64,000 nucleotides of DNA. Origin: Phycisphaerales bacterium (lineage in GTDB: Bacteria; Planctomycetota; Phycisphaerae; Phycisphaerales; SM1A02). Positions 9,738-18,697 of the stretch are shown here, piece after piece. The notes beneath the pieces were generated by a model. It did no database searches. It was not told the DNA's origin and saw only the letters and a list, made by a program, of their open reading frames with translations. Positions within the stretch are counted from its first letter, which is position 1; each line of letters begins with the position of its first letter. Made by a program: the position numbers and the translations under genes. The stretch is from positions 1,335 through 65,334 of the forward strand of contig JAKVBV010000011.1 of the NCBI GenBank assembly GCA_022446965.1, read 5' to 3'.

Positions 9738-10740
9738 CCACGAGGCCCAGAGGGCGGCCGGCGTCGTCGACCACGGGGATCTCGTCTATGCGATGTTCGG
9801 TGACCATGGCCCGGGCATCGGACACCCTGGCGCCGGCCGACAAGGACATGGGCGATGCCGTCATGACGTCGTTCAGCGTGCGGCCTAGGAAGTGCTCGTC
9901 CTGCAAGGCGAGACGTCGCAGATCACCGTCAGTGAGAATGCCAGCGAGCACGCCGGTATCGTCCACTACGAGTAAGGCACCAGCGTGACGTGTGGCGGTG
10001 GCGGCGGCTTGCGCTTCTGCAGCGGCCAGCGCATCCTTGAGCGTGTCCGTGGTGGTGCACGTACACAGATTCGTGCCCACGGCAAATCGCATCACTTCCT
10101 GCACCGGACGCAACATGGCGCCCAGCGCACCACCGGGGTGGCGGCGCTGGAAATCGGTTTCCGTGAACGCTCGGCGATGGGCGACCGCAAGGGCCAGGGC
10201 GTCACCGCAGGCCAGCGTGGCGGTGGTGGAGGTGGTGGGGGCCAATGCCAGATTGCCCGCTTCGTCGAGATCGCCCAGTGCCAGATGAACATCACACAAG
10301 CTCGCAAGCTTGGAGTCGTGGCTGCGGGAAATGCCGATCCGCGGGACGCCGTCGGTCCGGAGTAGTGCGGCGAGGTTGACCACTTCTTCGGTGCCGCCGG
10401 AGAAACTCAACAGCAACACCACGTCATCGGTGCGGACGCGGCCCAGATCGCCATGAACGGCATCGGCCGGATGCAGCACGTGCGAGGGCACGCCAACCGA
10501 GGCGAGGGTGGCGGAGATCTTGGCGCCGATCAGGCCCGACTTGCCCATGCCGCTGACGACCACATGACTGGCACACGTGTCGATCAGGTCCAGGGCCTGA
10601 TCCCAGCGGGCGGCCTCGTCGTCATCGCGTTCGATCGCGTCGCCCAGTGCACGCAACGCCTGAGCTTCTGTTCGAAGCACATCGACGAGAAATGCCCGGT
10701 CCGAGACGAGCCCCGCAGCGGTAGGATGCCCATTGGCCAT
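9697..10740 (-). CDS. kdsD: arabinose-5-phosphate isomerase (SIS domain + tandem CBS), KdsD/KpsF family
   Basis: 'VVVSGMGKSGLIGAKISATLASVGVPSHVLHPADAVHGDLG' (SIS), 'ALAPTTSTTATLACGDALA', and a C-terminal CBS pair. Confidence 0.85.
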   Translation of the reverse strand: MANGHPTAAGLVSDRAFLVDVLRTEAQALRALGDAIERDDDEAARWDQALDLIDTCASHVVVSGMGKSGLIGAKISATLASVGVPSHVLHPADAVHGDLGRVRTDDVVLLLSFSGGTEEVVNLAALLRTDGVPRIGISRSHDSKLASLCDVHLALGDLDEAGNLALAPTTSTTATLACGDALALAVAHRRAFTETDFQRRHPGGALGAMLRPVQEVMRFAVGTNLCTCTTTDTLKDALAAAEAQAAATATRHAGALLVVDDTGVLAGILTDGDLRRLALQDEHFLGRTLNDVMTASPMSLSAGARVSDARAMVTEHRIDEIPVVDDAGRPLGLVDVQDLLAPRITGP

Positions 10741-10773
10741 GGCGGCATTCTACCGCCGTGGCGGATTCAGCCC

Positions 10774-11625
10774 ATGCCATCCACAGCACCCACCGCGAGC
10801 CAGGACGACTACCGCATCCAGTTGGAGACCTTTGAAGGGCCTCTGGACCTGCTGTTGTTCCTCATTCGCCGGGCTGAGGTGGACATCACCGACATTCCCA
10901 TCGCCAGCATTGCGGATGAGTATCTGGCCATTTTGCGGCAGGCCACCGACGTGGATGTGGACGCCGCAGGTGAGTTTCTCGTGATGGCCGCCACCCTGAT
11001 CGAGCTCAAGAGCCGCACGCTGATGCCCGTCGAGGTCCGCGAAGCCGCCGACGCAGACGGGGACGATGACGATCCGCGACAGACGCTCATTCAGCAACTG
11101 CTCGACTACCAACGGGTTCGCCGTGCTGCCGAAGGGCTGGCCGTTTGCAAGGACGACGCCGCTCGCCGACTGGAGATTCGCATTCGCATGGGGGCACAGG
11201 CTCAGCCCGAGCCGGTGGAGCTCGACCTCGAAGATGTCCACGCGATGGATCTTGCCGAGGCGTGGGAACGTCTTGCTTCGGTGATTGATTTCAATCGTCT
11301 GGGCGATCACGTCGTGGCCGTCGACGACACGCCGATCATGCTGCACCAGGCCGATCTGATGGATCGGCTGCAGCGGCGTTCCGGTGATGCCCTCAACCTG
11401 CTCGACGTGTTCGCAGGTTGCTCACCGGGACAACGCGTGGGCTTGTTCCTCGCCACGCTTGAACTGGTGCGGCAAGGCCAGGTGCATGTGGATCAAGACG
11501 GCGACGGACCGATCGTCCTCGCGCTGCGTGACGATCCACCGACGGCTGAAGACGCTACTTCAGAAGATGCGCCGCACGACGAAGGCGACGAAGTTCGTCA
11601 CGATCAAGCTCACGCCACTGACTAG
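10774..11625 (+). CDS. scpA: segregation and condensation protein A (kleisin)
   Basis: 'YRIQLETFEGPLDLLLFLIRRAEVDITDIPIASIADEYL' is the canonical ScpA N-terminus. ATG at 10774. Confidence 0.85.
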   Translation: MPSTAPTASQDDYRIQLETFEGPLDLLLFLIRRAEVDITDIPIASIADEYLAILRQATDVDVDAAGEFLVMAATLIELKSRTLMPVEVREAADADGDDDDPRQTLIQQLLDYQRVRRAAEGLAVCKDDAARRLEIRIRMGAQAQPEPVELDLEDVHAMDLAEAWERLASVIDFNRLGDHVVAVDDTPIMLHQADLMDRLQRRSGDALNLLDVFAGCSPGQRVGLFLATLELVRQGQVHVDQDGDGPIVLALRDDPPTAEDATSEDAPHDEGDEVRHDQAHATD

Positions 11626-12496
11626 GCTGCAAACCCTTCAGTTTCAGCGGACCAATCGACAGACGCTTGAGTCGTTTGACCGGATGGCCCAAGGCAGCGG
11701 TCATGCGACGGATCTGTCGGTTGCGGCCTTCACCGAGGACCACTTCAAATCGAGTGCGACGGGCATCGCGCATCTTAAGGTCGATCGACTTCACCCGGGC
11801 TCGTCGAGGCTTCTGGCCTTCCTTGTCCACCAGGAACACGCCATCGAGCAAGGTGCGGCAGGTGTCGTCGCTCATGAAGCCACGGACCAGCACTTCGTAG
11901 ACCTTCTCGATGTTATGGCTCGGGTGCACCAGACGCTGGGCGAGGGCACCATCGTTGGTGAGCAGCAGCAGGCCGCTGGAATCGATGTCAAGACGTCCAA
12001 CGGTGAAGAGCCGAGTGCGCGACGGGTGCTGCACGAGATCCACGGCGCGACGGCGCTGCTCCGGGTCGTCGTTCGTGCAGACCACGCCGCGGGGCTTGTA
12101 GAGCATCACCGTGACCGAGGCGGCCGGGCCATGAATGCGTCGGCCGTCGACTTCGATGCGGTCACGCTGCGGATGCGCCCAGGCGGGCAGCTCATTCACC
12201 ACGGCGCCATTGACGGTCACCTTGCCCTCAAGAATGAGCGCCTCACAGTGTCGGCGTGAGCCGATGCCCGCAGCGGCCAGCACCTTCTGCAGGCGGTCAC
12301 CCCGCGAAGCATCTCGCAGATCGGCGCTGTCCGGGGCGGTGTCTTGCCTGTCGAATTCTGCGGAGGCCTCGGGCTGGTTCCAGCCTGCGGGCAGTGGCTG
12401 CAGATCGGGCGCCAGCGGTTGCTGTGACGCTTGGGCGTTACCAGCGTGTGGAGGTGTGGTTGGATCGATGCGATCGCTGTCGGGTCGGGAGTCCAT
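11555..12496 (-). CDS. rluB: 23S rRNA pseudouridine synthase, RsuA/RluB family (S4 domain + catalytic domain)
   Basis: S4 motif 'RLQKVLAAAGIGSRRHCEALILEGKVTVNG'. Catalytic 'GRLDIDSSGLLLLTNDG'. ATG at 12496 chosen; a longer start at 12643 is possible. Confidence 0.8.
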   Translation of the reverse strand: MDSRPDSDRIDPTTPPHAGNAQASQQPLAPDLQPLPAGWNQPEASAEFDRQDTAPDSADLRDASRGDRLQKVLAAAGIGSRRHCEALILEGKVTVNGAVVNELPAWAHPQRDRIEVDGRRIHGPAASVTVMLYKPRGVVCTNDDPEQRRRAVDLVQHPSRTRLFTVGRLDIDSSGLLLLTNDGALAQRLVHPSHNIEKVYEVLVRGFMSDDTCRTLLDGVFLVDKEGQKPRRARVKSIDLKMRDARRTRFEVVLGEGRNRQIRRMTAALGHPVKRLKRLSIGPLKLKGLQPSQWRELDRDELRRLRRAAHLLK

Positions 12497-12634
12497 CACG
12501 GGTGCCTTTCCGAGGGGTCCGCCAAGGGCGGACGCAGGGGTTGATTGAACCCTACAGTGTACCCAGTGAGCGACCGATTCAGGCATTGGCGACGCAGATG
12601 GCGAACCTTGCGCTGGCACGTGCGGCGACGGCCC

Positions 12635-13543
12635 ATGTCGCAATTGTCACCCCCAGAGCGTCGCCTGCGATGGGCATTGGACATGGGCCGGCTGGCTTTC
12701 GTGCGATTGCGACGCAATCGGGCTGGGTTCATCGCGGCGGGCCTGTCGTTCCGACTGCTGTTCTCACTCATCCCGATGATGGCGATCGCTGCTGTAGTGG
12801 CGCGCTGGTCGGTGTCCGAAGCGGCGCTTTTGGAGGCCGTCGATAGCCTCGTGAGCCAGACCGGGCTCGACAGCGTGCACGTGCAACACGACGGTGGTGA
12901 CGAGTCTCTGGGGCAGTGGATGCGCACGCAGGCCAAGGCGGCCATGGCGATCAATCCCGCCAGTCTGGGGCTCGCCGGGGCGTTGCTGCTGGCCTGGTCG
13001 GGCCTGCGGCTGTTTGACGACATCGAGGCGGGCTTCAGCTATCTCACAGGTGGCGTCCATCGACGTCGAAAGCGAGATCGACTCGTGATCGCCGTCTCGT
13101 TGCTGGTTTTGCTCCCTGTGGCGGCGACATTCGGGCTGCAGTTGCTCGGTCATGCACTTGCATTGATTCCCGAAGCCGAAGGCGGCTTGCGTTGGGCCGG
13201 TGAGGTGGTGCATCTGATCGTGCGGCTCGGGGTGATGACGGCGCTGGCGATGATGCTGTATCGCTGGTATCCCGTGCATGGTCCGTCATGGCGGGCGGCG
13301 CGATGGGGCGGCGCGTGTGCGGCTGTGGGCATCGTGGCCGGTGAGTGGGGACTGCGAACCTACGTGTTCAAGGCGTTGCCCAATTCGCCGCTTGGCGGTG
13401 CGATCGGCCTGGTGCCATTGGTCATGTTGTGGGTCTACGTGATGTGGTTATGTTTGCTCTACGGCCTAGAAATGGCTGTATTGATCGATCGTGGGCGTGA
13501 TCGGTGGCAGCGTCGGGTGACGGTTGTCAACGATGTTGGCTAG
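12635..13543 (+). CDS. YihY/BrkB family inner-membrane protein
   Basis: 'RNRAGFIAAGLSFRLLFSLIPMMAI' plus multiple TM helices and C-terminal 'LVMLWVYVMWLCLLYGLE'. The track start at 12545 is TTG, so ATG 12635 is preferred. Confidence 0.75.
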   Translation: MSQLSPPERRLRWALDMGRLAFVRLRRNRAGFIAAGLSFRLLFSLIPMMAIAAVVARWSVSEAALLEAVDSLVSQTGLDSVHVQHDGGDESLGQWMRTQAKAAMAINPASLGLAGALLLAWSGLRLFDDIEAGFSYLTGGVHRRRKRDRLVIAVSLLVLLPVAATFGLQLLGHALALIPEAEGGLRWAGEVVHLIVRLGVMTALAMMLYRWYPVHGPSWRAARWGGACAAVGIVAGEWGLRTYVFKALPNSPLGGAIGLVPLVMLWVYVMWLCLLYGLEMAVLIDRGRDRWQRRVTVVNDVG

Positions 13544-13556
13544 GACTGGGTTAACT

Positions 13557-13589
13557 GGTGCGTTGCACAGTTAGGTCTCAGTGCACACC
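13557..13589 (+). terminator. possible hairpin downstream of the yihY-like gene
   Basis: GGTG(cgt)TGCAC, 12-nt loop, GTGCA CACC, followed by GCTTTGG. The T-tract is weak, so this is only a candidate. Confidence 0.3.
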
Positions 13590-13671
13590 GCTTTGGTAGG
13601 GATGACGAGCCATGTGAAGTTCTGGAGCTTCTAACGGATTGTGTCCTCGTGAGCACTGATTTACACGACAC

Positions 13672-14256
13672 CTAGTCTTGGCAAGTGGCGCATTGGCACC
13701 GGCAGCCCAAGCGATGATTAGTAAGGTGCGCAATTACAAGGATCACGCCGCCCAAGGGCGTCATCAGTACCCAGAAGAAATCTGTGTCTACGCCGGCATT
13801 CATTGGAACGACCGTGTTTGCATCGTCCGGGCAGCAGCTTGCAGAACAGGCAGGTTGATCAGTCGCGGCTATGGTGGTCAGCTGCAGATCATTTTGAGAA
13901 GAGGTAGTAGTTGGAGCGTATGTAGTAGACCTATCGCATGGTGTTGGACAGCAGTCTTCTGGTCCAGCAAATGCGGCGATAGAGATTAGGCTCAGTCCAA
14001 GCAGGCCGACTATGGCAGGCGATAGTCGATGATGTCGCCGCCAGCCAGGAATAAAAGCTAGCAGTGCCATACCTAGGCAGACTCCGACCATCCACTTATG
14101 AAAGGAGGGATCAGCGAGAAAACTTAGTCCTAGGAGCGGGAGGAATCCAACTATGAAGGGCATTGCAGCACAGTGAATCGCGCAGAGAAGTGATGCTGCG
14201 ACCCCTAGCCAGTCTGGATAGGCTTTCCTAGTTGGAGCGGTGAATGATGCTGGCAT
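13672..14256 (-). CDS. MerC-family membrane protein with Cys-rich C-terminal extension
   Basis: 'LGVAASLLCAIHCAAMPFIVGFLPLLGL...FIPGWRRHHR' matches the MerC-domain pattern (CxxHC in TM1, basic His cluster after TM2). Extra motifs: 'CCPTPC', 'CSASCCPDD', 'CRCQCATC'. Confidence 0.7.
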   Translation of the reverse strand: MPASFTAPTRKAYPDWLGVAASLLCAIHCAAMPFIVGFLPLLGLSFLADPSFHKWMVGVCLGMALLAFIPGWRRHHRLSPAIVGLLGLSLISIAAFAGPEDCCPTPCDRSTTYAPTTTSSQNDLQLTTIAATDQPACSASCCPDDANTVVPMNAGVDTDFFWVLMTPLGGVILVIAHLTNHRLGCRCQCATCQD

Positions 14257-14460
14257 AATTTTGCTTGATCTGGCAAGGCTGAAACGCCCCGCGGGCAGTT
14301 TTTGCAGTGGTAAGAAATCTAAATTTGGTAGCAGGGCAGGTGATCTTAATGGCAGTAAGATGCCAATAGTACTTTCTAATGACCTGCTGTCAAGTTTGAG
14401 GGGACACTCTCAAAGCCTGAATATGAGTAAGGACGACCACGGGGGGTACACTGTCAGTTA

Positions 14461-15030
14461 ATGGGTCTTGAAGCTGCCATTCCAGTCGACGGGTTTCTCA
14501 CCACGTCTCTCAACCGCGTGATCAATTGGGCACGCCGGTCGGCGGTCTGGCCCATGCCCTTCGCCACCGCCTGCTGCGGCATCGAGCTAATGGCCACCGC
14601 CTCGAGCCGATACGACCTTGCCCGATTCGGTGCTGAGGTGTTCCGGTTCAGCCCCCGTCAGGCAGACCTGATGATCGTCGCAGGCCGCGTGAGCGTCAAA
14701 ATGCTCCCGGTGCTGCAACGCATCTACAAGCAGATGTGCGAGCCCAAGTGGGTGATCTCCATGGGGGCCTGTGCCAGCACGGGTGGTGTGTTCGATACCT
14801 ATGCCGTGGTGCAGGGTGTGGACCAGTACATCCCGGTGGATGTGTACGTGCCCGGGTGCCCGCCGCGTCCCGAGATGTTGATCGAAGGCGTGATGGCCAT
14901 CCAGCGCATCATCGATCAGGACAACATTCCATTCGACGGCGATGGCCGTCGACTCCCACTTGAGATCGCACTCGAGCCCACGCACCGGCCGTCAGATCAG
15001 CCGGTCGATGTCACCATCGGCGCCACCTGA
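14461..15030 (+). CDS. nuoB: NADH-quinone oxidoreductase subunit B
   Basis: '[16 protein letters not shown]...', '[13 protein letters not shown]' and 'VPGCPPRPE' are the N2 Fe-S cluster cysteines of NuoB. Confidence 0.9.
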   Translation: MGLEAAIPVDGFLTTSLNRVINWARRSAVWPMPFATACCGIELMATASSRYDLARFGAEVFRFSPRQADLMIVAGRVSVKMLPVLQRIYKQMCEPKWVISMGACASTGGVFDTYAVVQGVDQYIPVDVYVPGCPPRPEMLIEGVMAIQRIIDQDNIPFDGDGRRLPLEIALEPTHRPSDQPVDVTIGAT

Positions 15031-15066
15031 GCGCCGCGATCCCACTGCAATTGAACTGCGATGACG

Positions 15067-16710
15067 TCAGTGCCGGAAGGCACGTGTGCCTGTCAACAAG
15101 CACGTGGCATTGCGGCTGCGGCACAGCTCGAACGTGTCTTCATCTCGCTTGGACCCGCCTGGATGCAGCAGGCACGTGACGCCTGCGTCGAGCAACAGTT
15201 CCGGGCCGTCGGAGAAGGGGAAGAAGGCGTCCGATGCGGCCACAACGCAGCTGCCTGCGCCGATGGCCTCGGCGGCCTTCTCAGCAGCGATGCGTGATGC
15301 CGTGACGCGGTCGACCTGACCGCCGCCAACGCCGGCAAGCGTGCCATCAACGGCAATCGCCACAGCGTTGCTTGGCAGATGCTTGACGGCTGTCCAGGCG
15401 CACATCGCCGTGTCGGTGGTCATCGCATCGGGCTCGTCGCCCACCGCAACGATCCAGGATCGAGGATCAGCAATTTTGTGGTCGGAGGACTGCACGAGCA
15501 GCCCGCCGGGAATGGTGCGGATGTCCTTGCCATTGCGAGGTCGGTGCATGATGTCCGGCACGGCCACCATGCGGAGGTTCTTCCAGCGACCGGACAGCGC
15601 ATCCATCGCATCCTGTTCGAAGGCCGGGGCGAGGATCACCTCGAGGAACCGCTCACCAGCGATGATGGTGTTGGCCAAGGCGGCGTCGACCGGTTCGTTG
15701 ATCGCCACGATGCCACCGAAGGCTGCCATGGGATCGCCCGACCATGCCGCCTCGAAGGCGTCCACGGCGTTGTCGCGTGTGGCAAGACCACACGGGCTGG
15801 CATGCTTGACGACGACAGCCACAGCCTGGCCCGGACGTGCTGCAGCCAGATCACGGCAGCATCGAAGCGCGCCGGCCGCATCGTTGTAGTTGTTGTATGA
15901 CAGCGGCTTGCCGTCGACCGTGGAGGCCGTGGCCAGGCCAGCATCGCCCGAGTCTGGAATGGCGTACAGCGCCGCTTCCTGATGCGGGTTCTCGCCGTAT
16001 CGGAGCATTCGCTCACGTGAGGCCACGGTGTGCAGCCATGCGGGGAAGTTGTCGCCACCCGATTCCATCCATCCGGCGATGGCCGCGTCATAGCGGGCGG
16101 TTCGAGCGAAGGCCATCGTGGCCAGATCGCGCCGCAATGCCATACTGGTGCAGCCGTCATTGGCGGTCAGTTCCGAGATCACCCGGTCGTACTGTGAGGC
16201 GTCGGTGACCACCGTGACAAATGCGTGATTCTTGCTGGCGCTGCGCAGCGCCGCAGGGCCACCGATGTCGATCTGCTCGATCGCTTCGTCGGGCTGCACG
16301 CCGGGTATGGCCACGGTGCGTTCGAACGGATACAGGTTGATGCAGATCAGATCGATGGCTTCGATGCCGTGATCCTGCATGGCCTGCACGTGGGAATCCA
16401 GATCGCGACGGGCCAGCAGGCCGCCGTGAATACGGGGATGGAGTGTCTTCACGCGACCGTCCATCATCTCCGGGAATTCCGTGACGTCCTCCACGGGGGT
16501 GACATCAAGCCCGGCTTCGGCGAGCACCTTGGCAGTGCCACCGGTGGAGATCAACTGCACACCATGATTCGCAAGCGCCTTGGCGAAGGGCACGAGGTCG
16601 CTCTTGTCTGAGACGGACAGGAGGGCGCGACGAACAGCAATCAGATCCTGCATTTGATGCAGCACTCCTCCACTGGTGTGCTCAGCGGCGTGTGTTTGGT
16701 TGTCGGACAT
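15067..16710 (-). CDS. purH: bifunctional AICAR formyltransferase / IMP cyclohydrolase
   Basis: 'RRALLSVSDKSDLVPFAKALANHGVQLISTGGTAKVL', 'VKTLHPRIHGGLL' and a C-terminal AICARFT domain. ATG 16710 chosen; ATG 16764 would overlap the upstream gene by 38 nt. Confidence 0.9.
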   Translation of the reverse strand: MSDNQTHAAEHTSGGVLHQMQDLIAVRRALLSVSDKSDLVPFAKALANHGVQLISTGGTAKVLAEAGLDVTPVEDVTEFPEMMDGRVKTLHPRIHGGLLARRDLDSHVQAMQDHGIEAIDLICINLYPFERTVAIPGVQPDEAIEQIDIGGPAALRSASKNHAFVTVVTDASQYDRVISELTANDGCTSMALRRDLATMAFARTARYDAAIAGWMESGGDNFPAWLHTVASRERMLRYGENPHQEAALYAIPDSGDAGLATASTVDGKPLSYNNYNDAAGALRCCRDLAAARPGQAVAVVVKHASPCGLATRDNAVDAFEAAWSGDPMAAFGGIVAINEPVDAALANTIIAGERFLEVILAPAFEQDAMDALSGRWKNLRMVAVPDIMHRPRNGKDIRTIPGGLLVQSSDHKIADPRSWIVAVGDEPDAMTTDTAMCAWTAVKHLPSNAVAIAVDGTLAGVGGGQVDRVTASRIAAEKAAEAIGAGSCVVAASDAFFPFSDGPELLLDAGVTCLLHPGGSKRDEDTFELCRSRNATCLLTGTRAFRH

Positions 16711-16726
16711 GCGTGTGTGGTGGCAC

Positions 16727-17959
16727 TCATCGCGCCGGAACGAGTGACTCGATTCGGCCCGCATCGGAGATGACGAACAGTCGACCGTTTCGAGTGGCCG
16801 AAGCCTGAACCCGGGTGGTGTCGCCCAGTTCCAGCGTGGTGTCGGCGGCGCCCGTGGTGGGGCTGGCCGTGGCGAGCGTGCCCGTGCGGGCGTCGAACGT
16901 GAGCAATCGGTCGTGCAACGAGCTGATGACGTTGCCGTTGATTGTGGACGAGGTCCAGCGGCGAATGCCGTCAGGGGCGTCGGCGGGGTTGGCTTCCCAG
17001 GCCGTGAGGCCTTCGGCCGGATTCAGTTGATACACGGTGTCACCGAGGACGACCGGGGCGCTGGTGAGCTTGGCGGTCAGCAGGGCGGTCCATACGGGCT
17101 TGCCACGATCAAGTGACACGCACCGCAGGTGCTGATCGAGACCGGCGATGTACACCAGATCATTGGCGATGGCAGGCGTGCCACCGAGGCGGTCGAGCAG
17201 CGGACGCGACCACCGCAGATCGGCGGATCCGGCGCCCAGTGCGGCCACCGTGCCCTTGAGGGAAGACGCGATGATCACCTCGCCGTCGGTGGTGGGCGCG
17301 ATGCCCATCCGGCGACCAACACGATGCGCCTTGGAACTGAATCCGCGCAGCCAAGACTGCCACACGACTTCGCCACCGAGGCCCCCGTAGATCAGATCGC
17401 TGCCCACGCGAACTCCACCGGTTCGAGCGAGCCATTCCAGACGTTGCACCGGAGGCACGGCGCCATTGAGCGGGCCTTCCGGGAAACCAGTGTCAAGATT
17501 GACGGTGACCAGTGCATCGGAGCGCAACACGATCACGAGGCCTTGGTCGGGGGCCACGTGCAGGTCGAGTACCTGATCGCCCGGGTCGGCGATGAAGGCA
17601 CGCCAGCGACGCAGGCCCGTGTCCGTGTCGAGCATGGACAGCTCGTTGCGACCGTCGAGGACGAACACGCCTTCGTCGGTGGACCAGAGTTGCTGCACGC
17701 CACCATCAGGTTGGAACGAGGTGGTCCATGTGGGACGCCAGCCCAGCGCACGAGCCGATGCCGGGCCGATCATCATGTCGGCCTCGAGCTGCGCAGTGAT
17801 GGCTGTTTGGTTGGCGGGCGCCTTGGCGGTGACGTCCTGACCCATAGCCCCCGGAGCGGGTTGATCGCCAGTGGCGGCACATCCCCCGAGCAGGGCGACG
17901 CTGAGCACAGCGGTCAGGCCGCCGGACGTGATGCAAATGTTGGACCGAAACTCACCCAT
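16727..17959 (-). CDS. PQQ-like beta-propeller lipoprotein (BamB-like)
   Basis: Lipobox 'VLSVALLGGCAATG' after ATG 17959. Repeated 'G.VY.....L.A.D..TG...W'-type blades ('DLVYIAGLDQHLRCVSLDRGKPVWTA'). Confidence 0.7.
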   Translation of the reverse strand: MGEFRSNICITSGGLTAVLSVALLGGCAATGDQPAPGAMGQDVTAKAPANQTAITAQLEADMMIGPASARALGWRPTWTTSFQPDGGVQQLWSTDEGVFVLDGRNELSMLDTDTGLRRWRAFIADPGDQVLDLHVAPDQGLVIVLRSDALVTVNLDTGFPEGPLNGAVPPVQRLEWLARTGGVRVGSDLIYGGLGGEVVWQSWLRGFSSKAHRVGRRMGIAPTTDGEVIIASSLKGTVAALGAGSADLRWSRPLLDRLGGTPAIANDLVYIAGLDQHLRCVSLDRGKPVWTALLTAKLTSAPVVLGDTVYQLNPAEGLTAWEANPADAPDGIRRWTSSTINGNVISSLHDRLLTFDARTGTLATASPTTGAADTTLELGDTTRVQASATRNGRLFVISDAGRIESLVPAR

Positions 17960-18082
17960 GGCGAGGCGTTCTCCTGAGGATTCGTGCCACAAGGCCACGA
18001 AGGCGAAGTATAGCCCCCTGAGGTGGGTCAATGGCTGATTTGGCACGGGCTTGTCGAGTCCTGATGGGCGTACCATGCCCCC

Positions 18083-18682
18083 ATGTTCACGGGACTCATC
18101 GAGCATCAAGCGACGGTGGTAGATACAGCGGCAACTGCTGCAGGCTGCCGAATCGTGCTGGACCCCGAGGGATGGGGGCATGAGCCTGCCGTGGGTGATT
18201 CCATCGCCGTCAATGGGTGTTGCCTGACCCTCGTGGAGGGGCCAGCGGGGACCCTGGCCTTTGATGTCATCCCGCAGACATTGACCCTGACCACACTGGG
18301 GGGCCTCAGTGCCGGTGACCGCGTGAATCTGGAAGCCGCGGCGTCCATGCAGTCTCGCTTTGATGGACACATGGTGCAGGGTCACATTGAAGGCACGGGC
18401 GAGGTGGTCGAGTTGACGGATGACGACACCGGCCGCCGCCTACGGGTGCACCTCGATGCCGCCATGGCGCAATTCTGTGTGCCGCAGGGATCCATCGCGA
18501 TCGACGGCGTGAGCCTCACCATTTCCGGGTGTGGCGATGACTGGATCGAGGTGGCCTTGATTCCCCTCACACTCGAACGCACCAGGTTGGGCCAGCTTCA
18601 TCCCGGTGATCGGGTGAACATCGAGACTGATGTGCTCGCTCGCCACGTGGCCCGGCTGCTGGGCGCACAGCGGCAGCCTTGA
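18083..18682 (+). CDS. ribE: riboflavin synthase alpha chain
   Basis: 'MFTGLIEHQATVV' and duplicated 'GDSIAVNGCCLTLV' / 'GSIAIDGVSLTI' lumazine-binding repeats. Confidence 0.9.
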   Translation: MFTGLIEHQATVVDTAATAAGCRIVLDPEGWGHEPAVGDSIAVNGCCLTLVEGPAGTLAFDVIPQTLTLTTLGGLSAGDRVNLEAAASMQSRFDGHMVQGHIEGTGEVVELTDDDTGRRLRVHLDAAMAQFCVPQGSIAIDGVSLTISGCGDDWIEVALIPLTLERTRLGQLHPGDRVNIETDVLARHVARLLGAQRQP

Positions 18683-18697
18683 TCCGCACGCCCGCCG

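Larger units (their letters stand above)
13544..14460. other. low-GC compositional islet (MerC-family gene plus AT-rich flanks)
   Basis: Hand counts of several 60-nt lines here give roughly 38-55% GC, against roughly 60-70% in neighbouring genes. A/T-ending codons are frequent. Confidence 0.6.

Noticed and set aside
14251-14264. Sigma-54-like motif TGGCAT-AATT-TTGC upstream of nuoB
   Set aside because: The spacer between the -24 and -12 elements is 4 nt instead of the required 5 (GG-N9-GC rather than GG-N10-GC). The TGGCAT also contains the merC-like start codon on the other strand, so this is probably coincidence.
18041-18054. Sigma-54-like motif TGGCAC-GGGC-TTGT 30 nt upstream of ribE
   Set aside because: Both the spacing and the -12 element are wrong (TTGT, with no GC dinucleotide at the correct distance).
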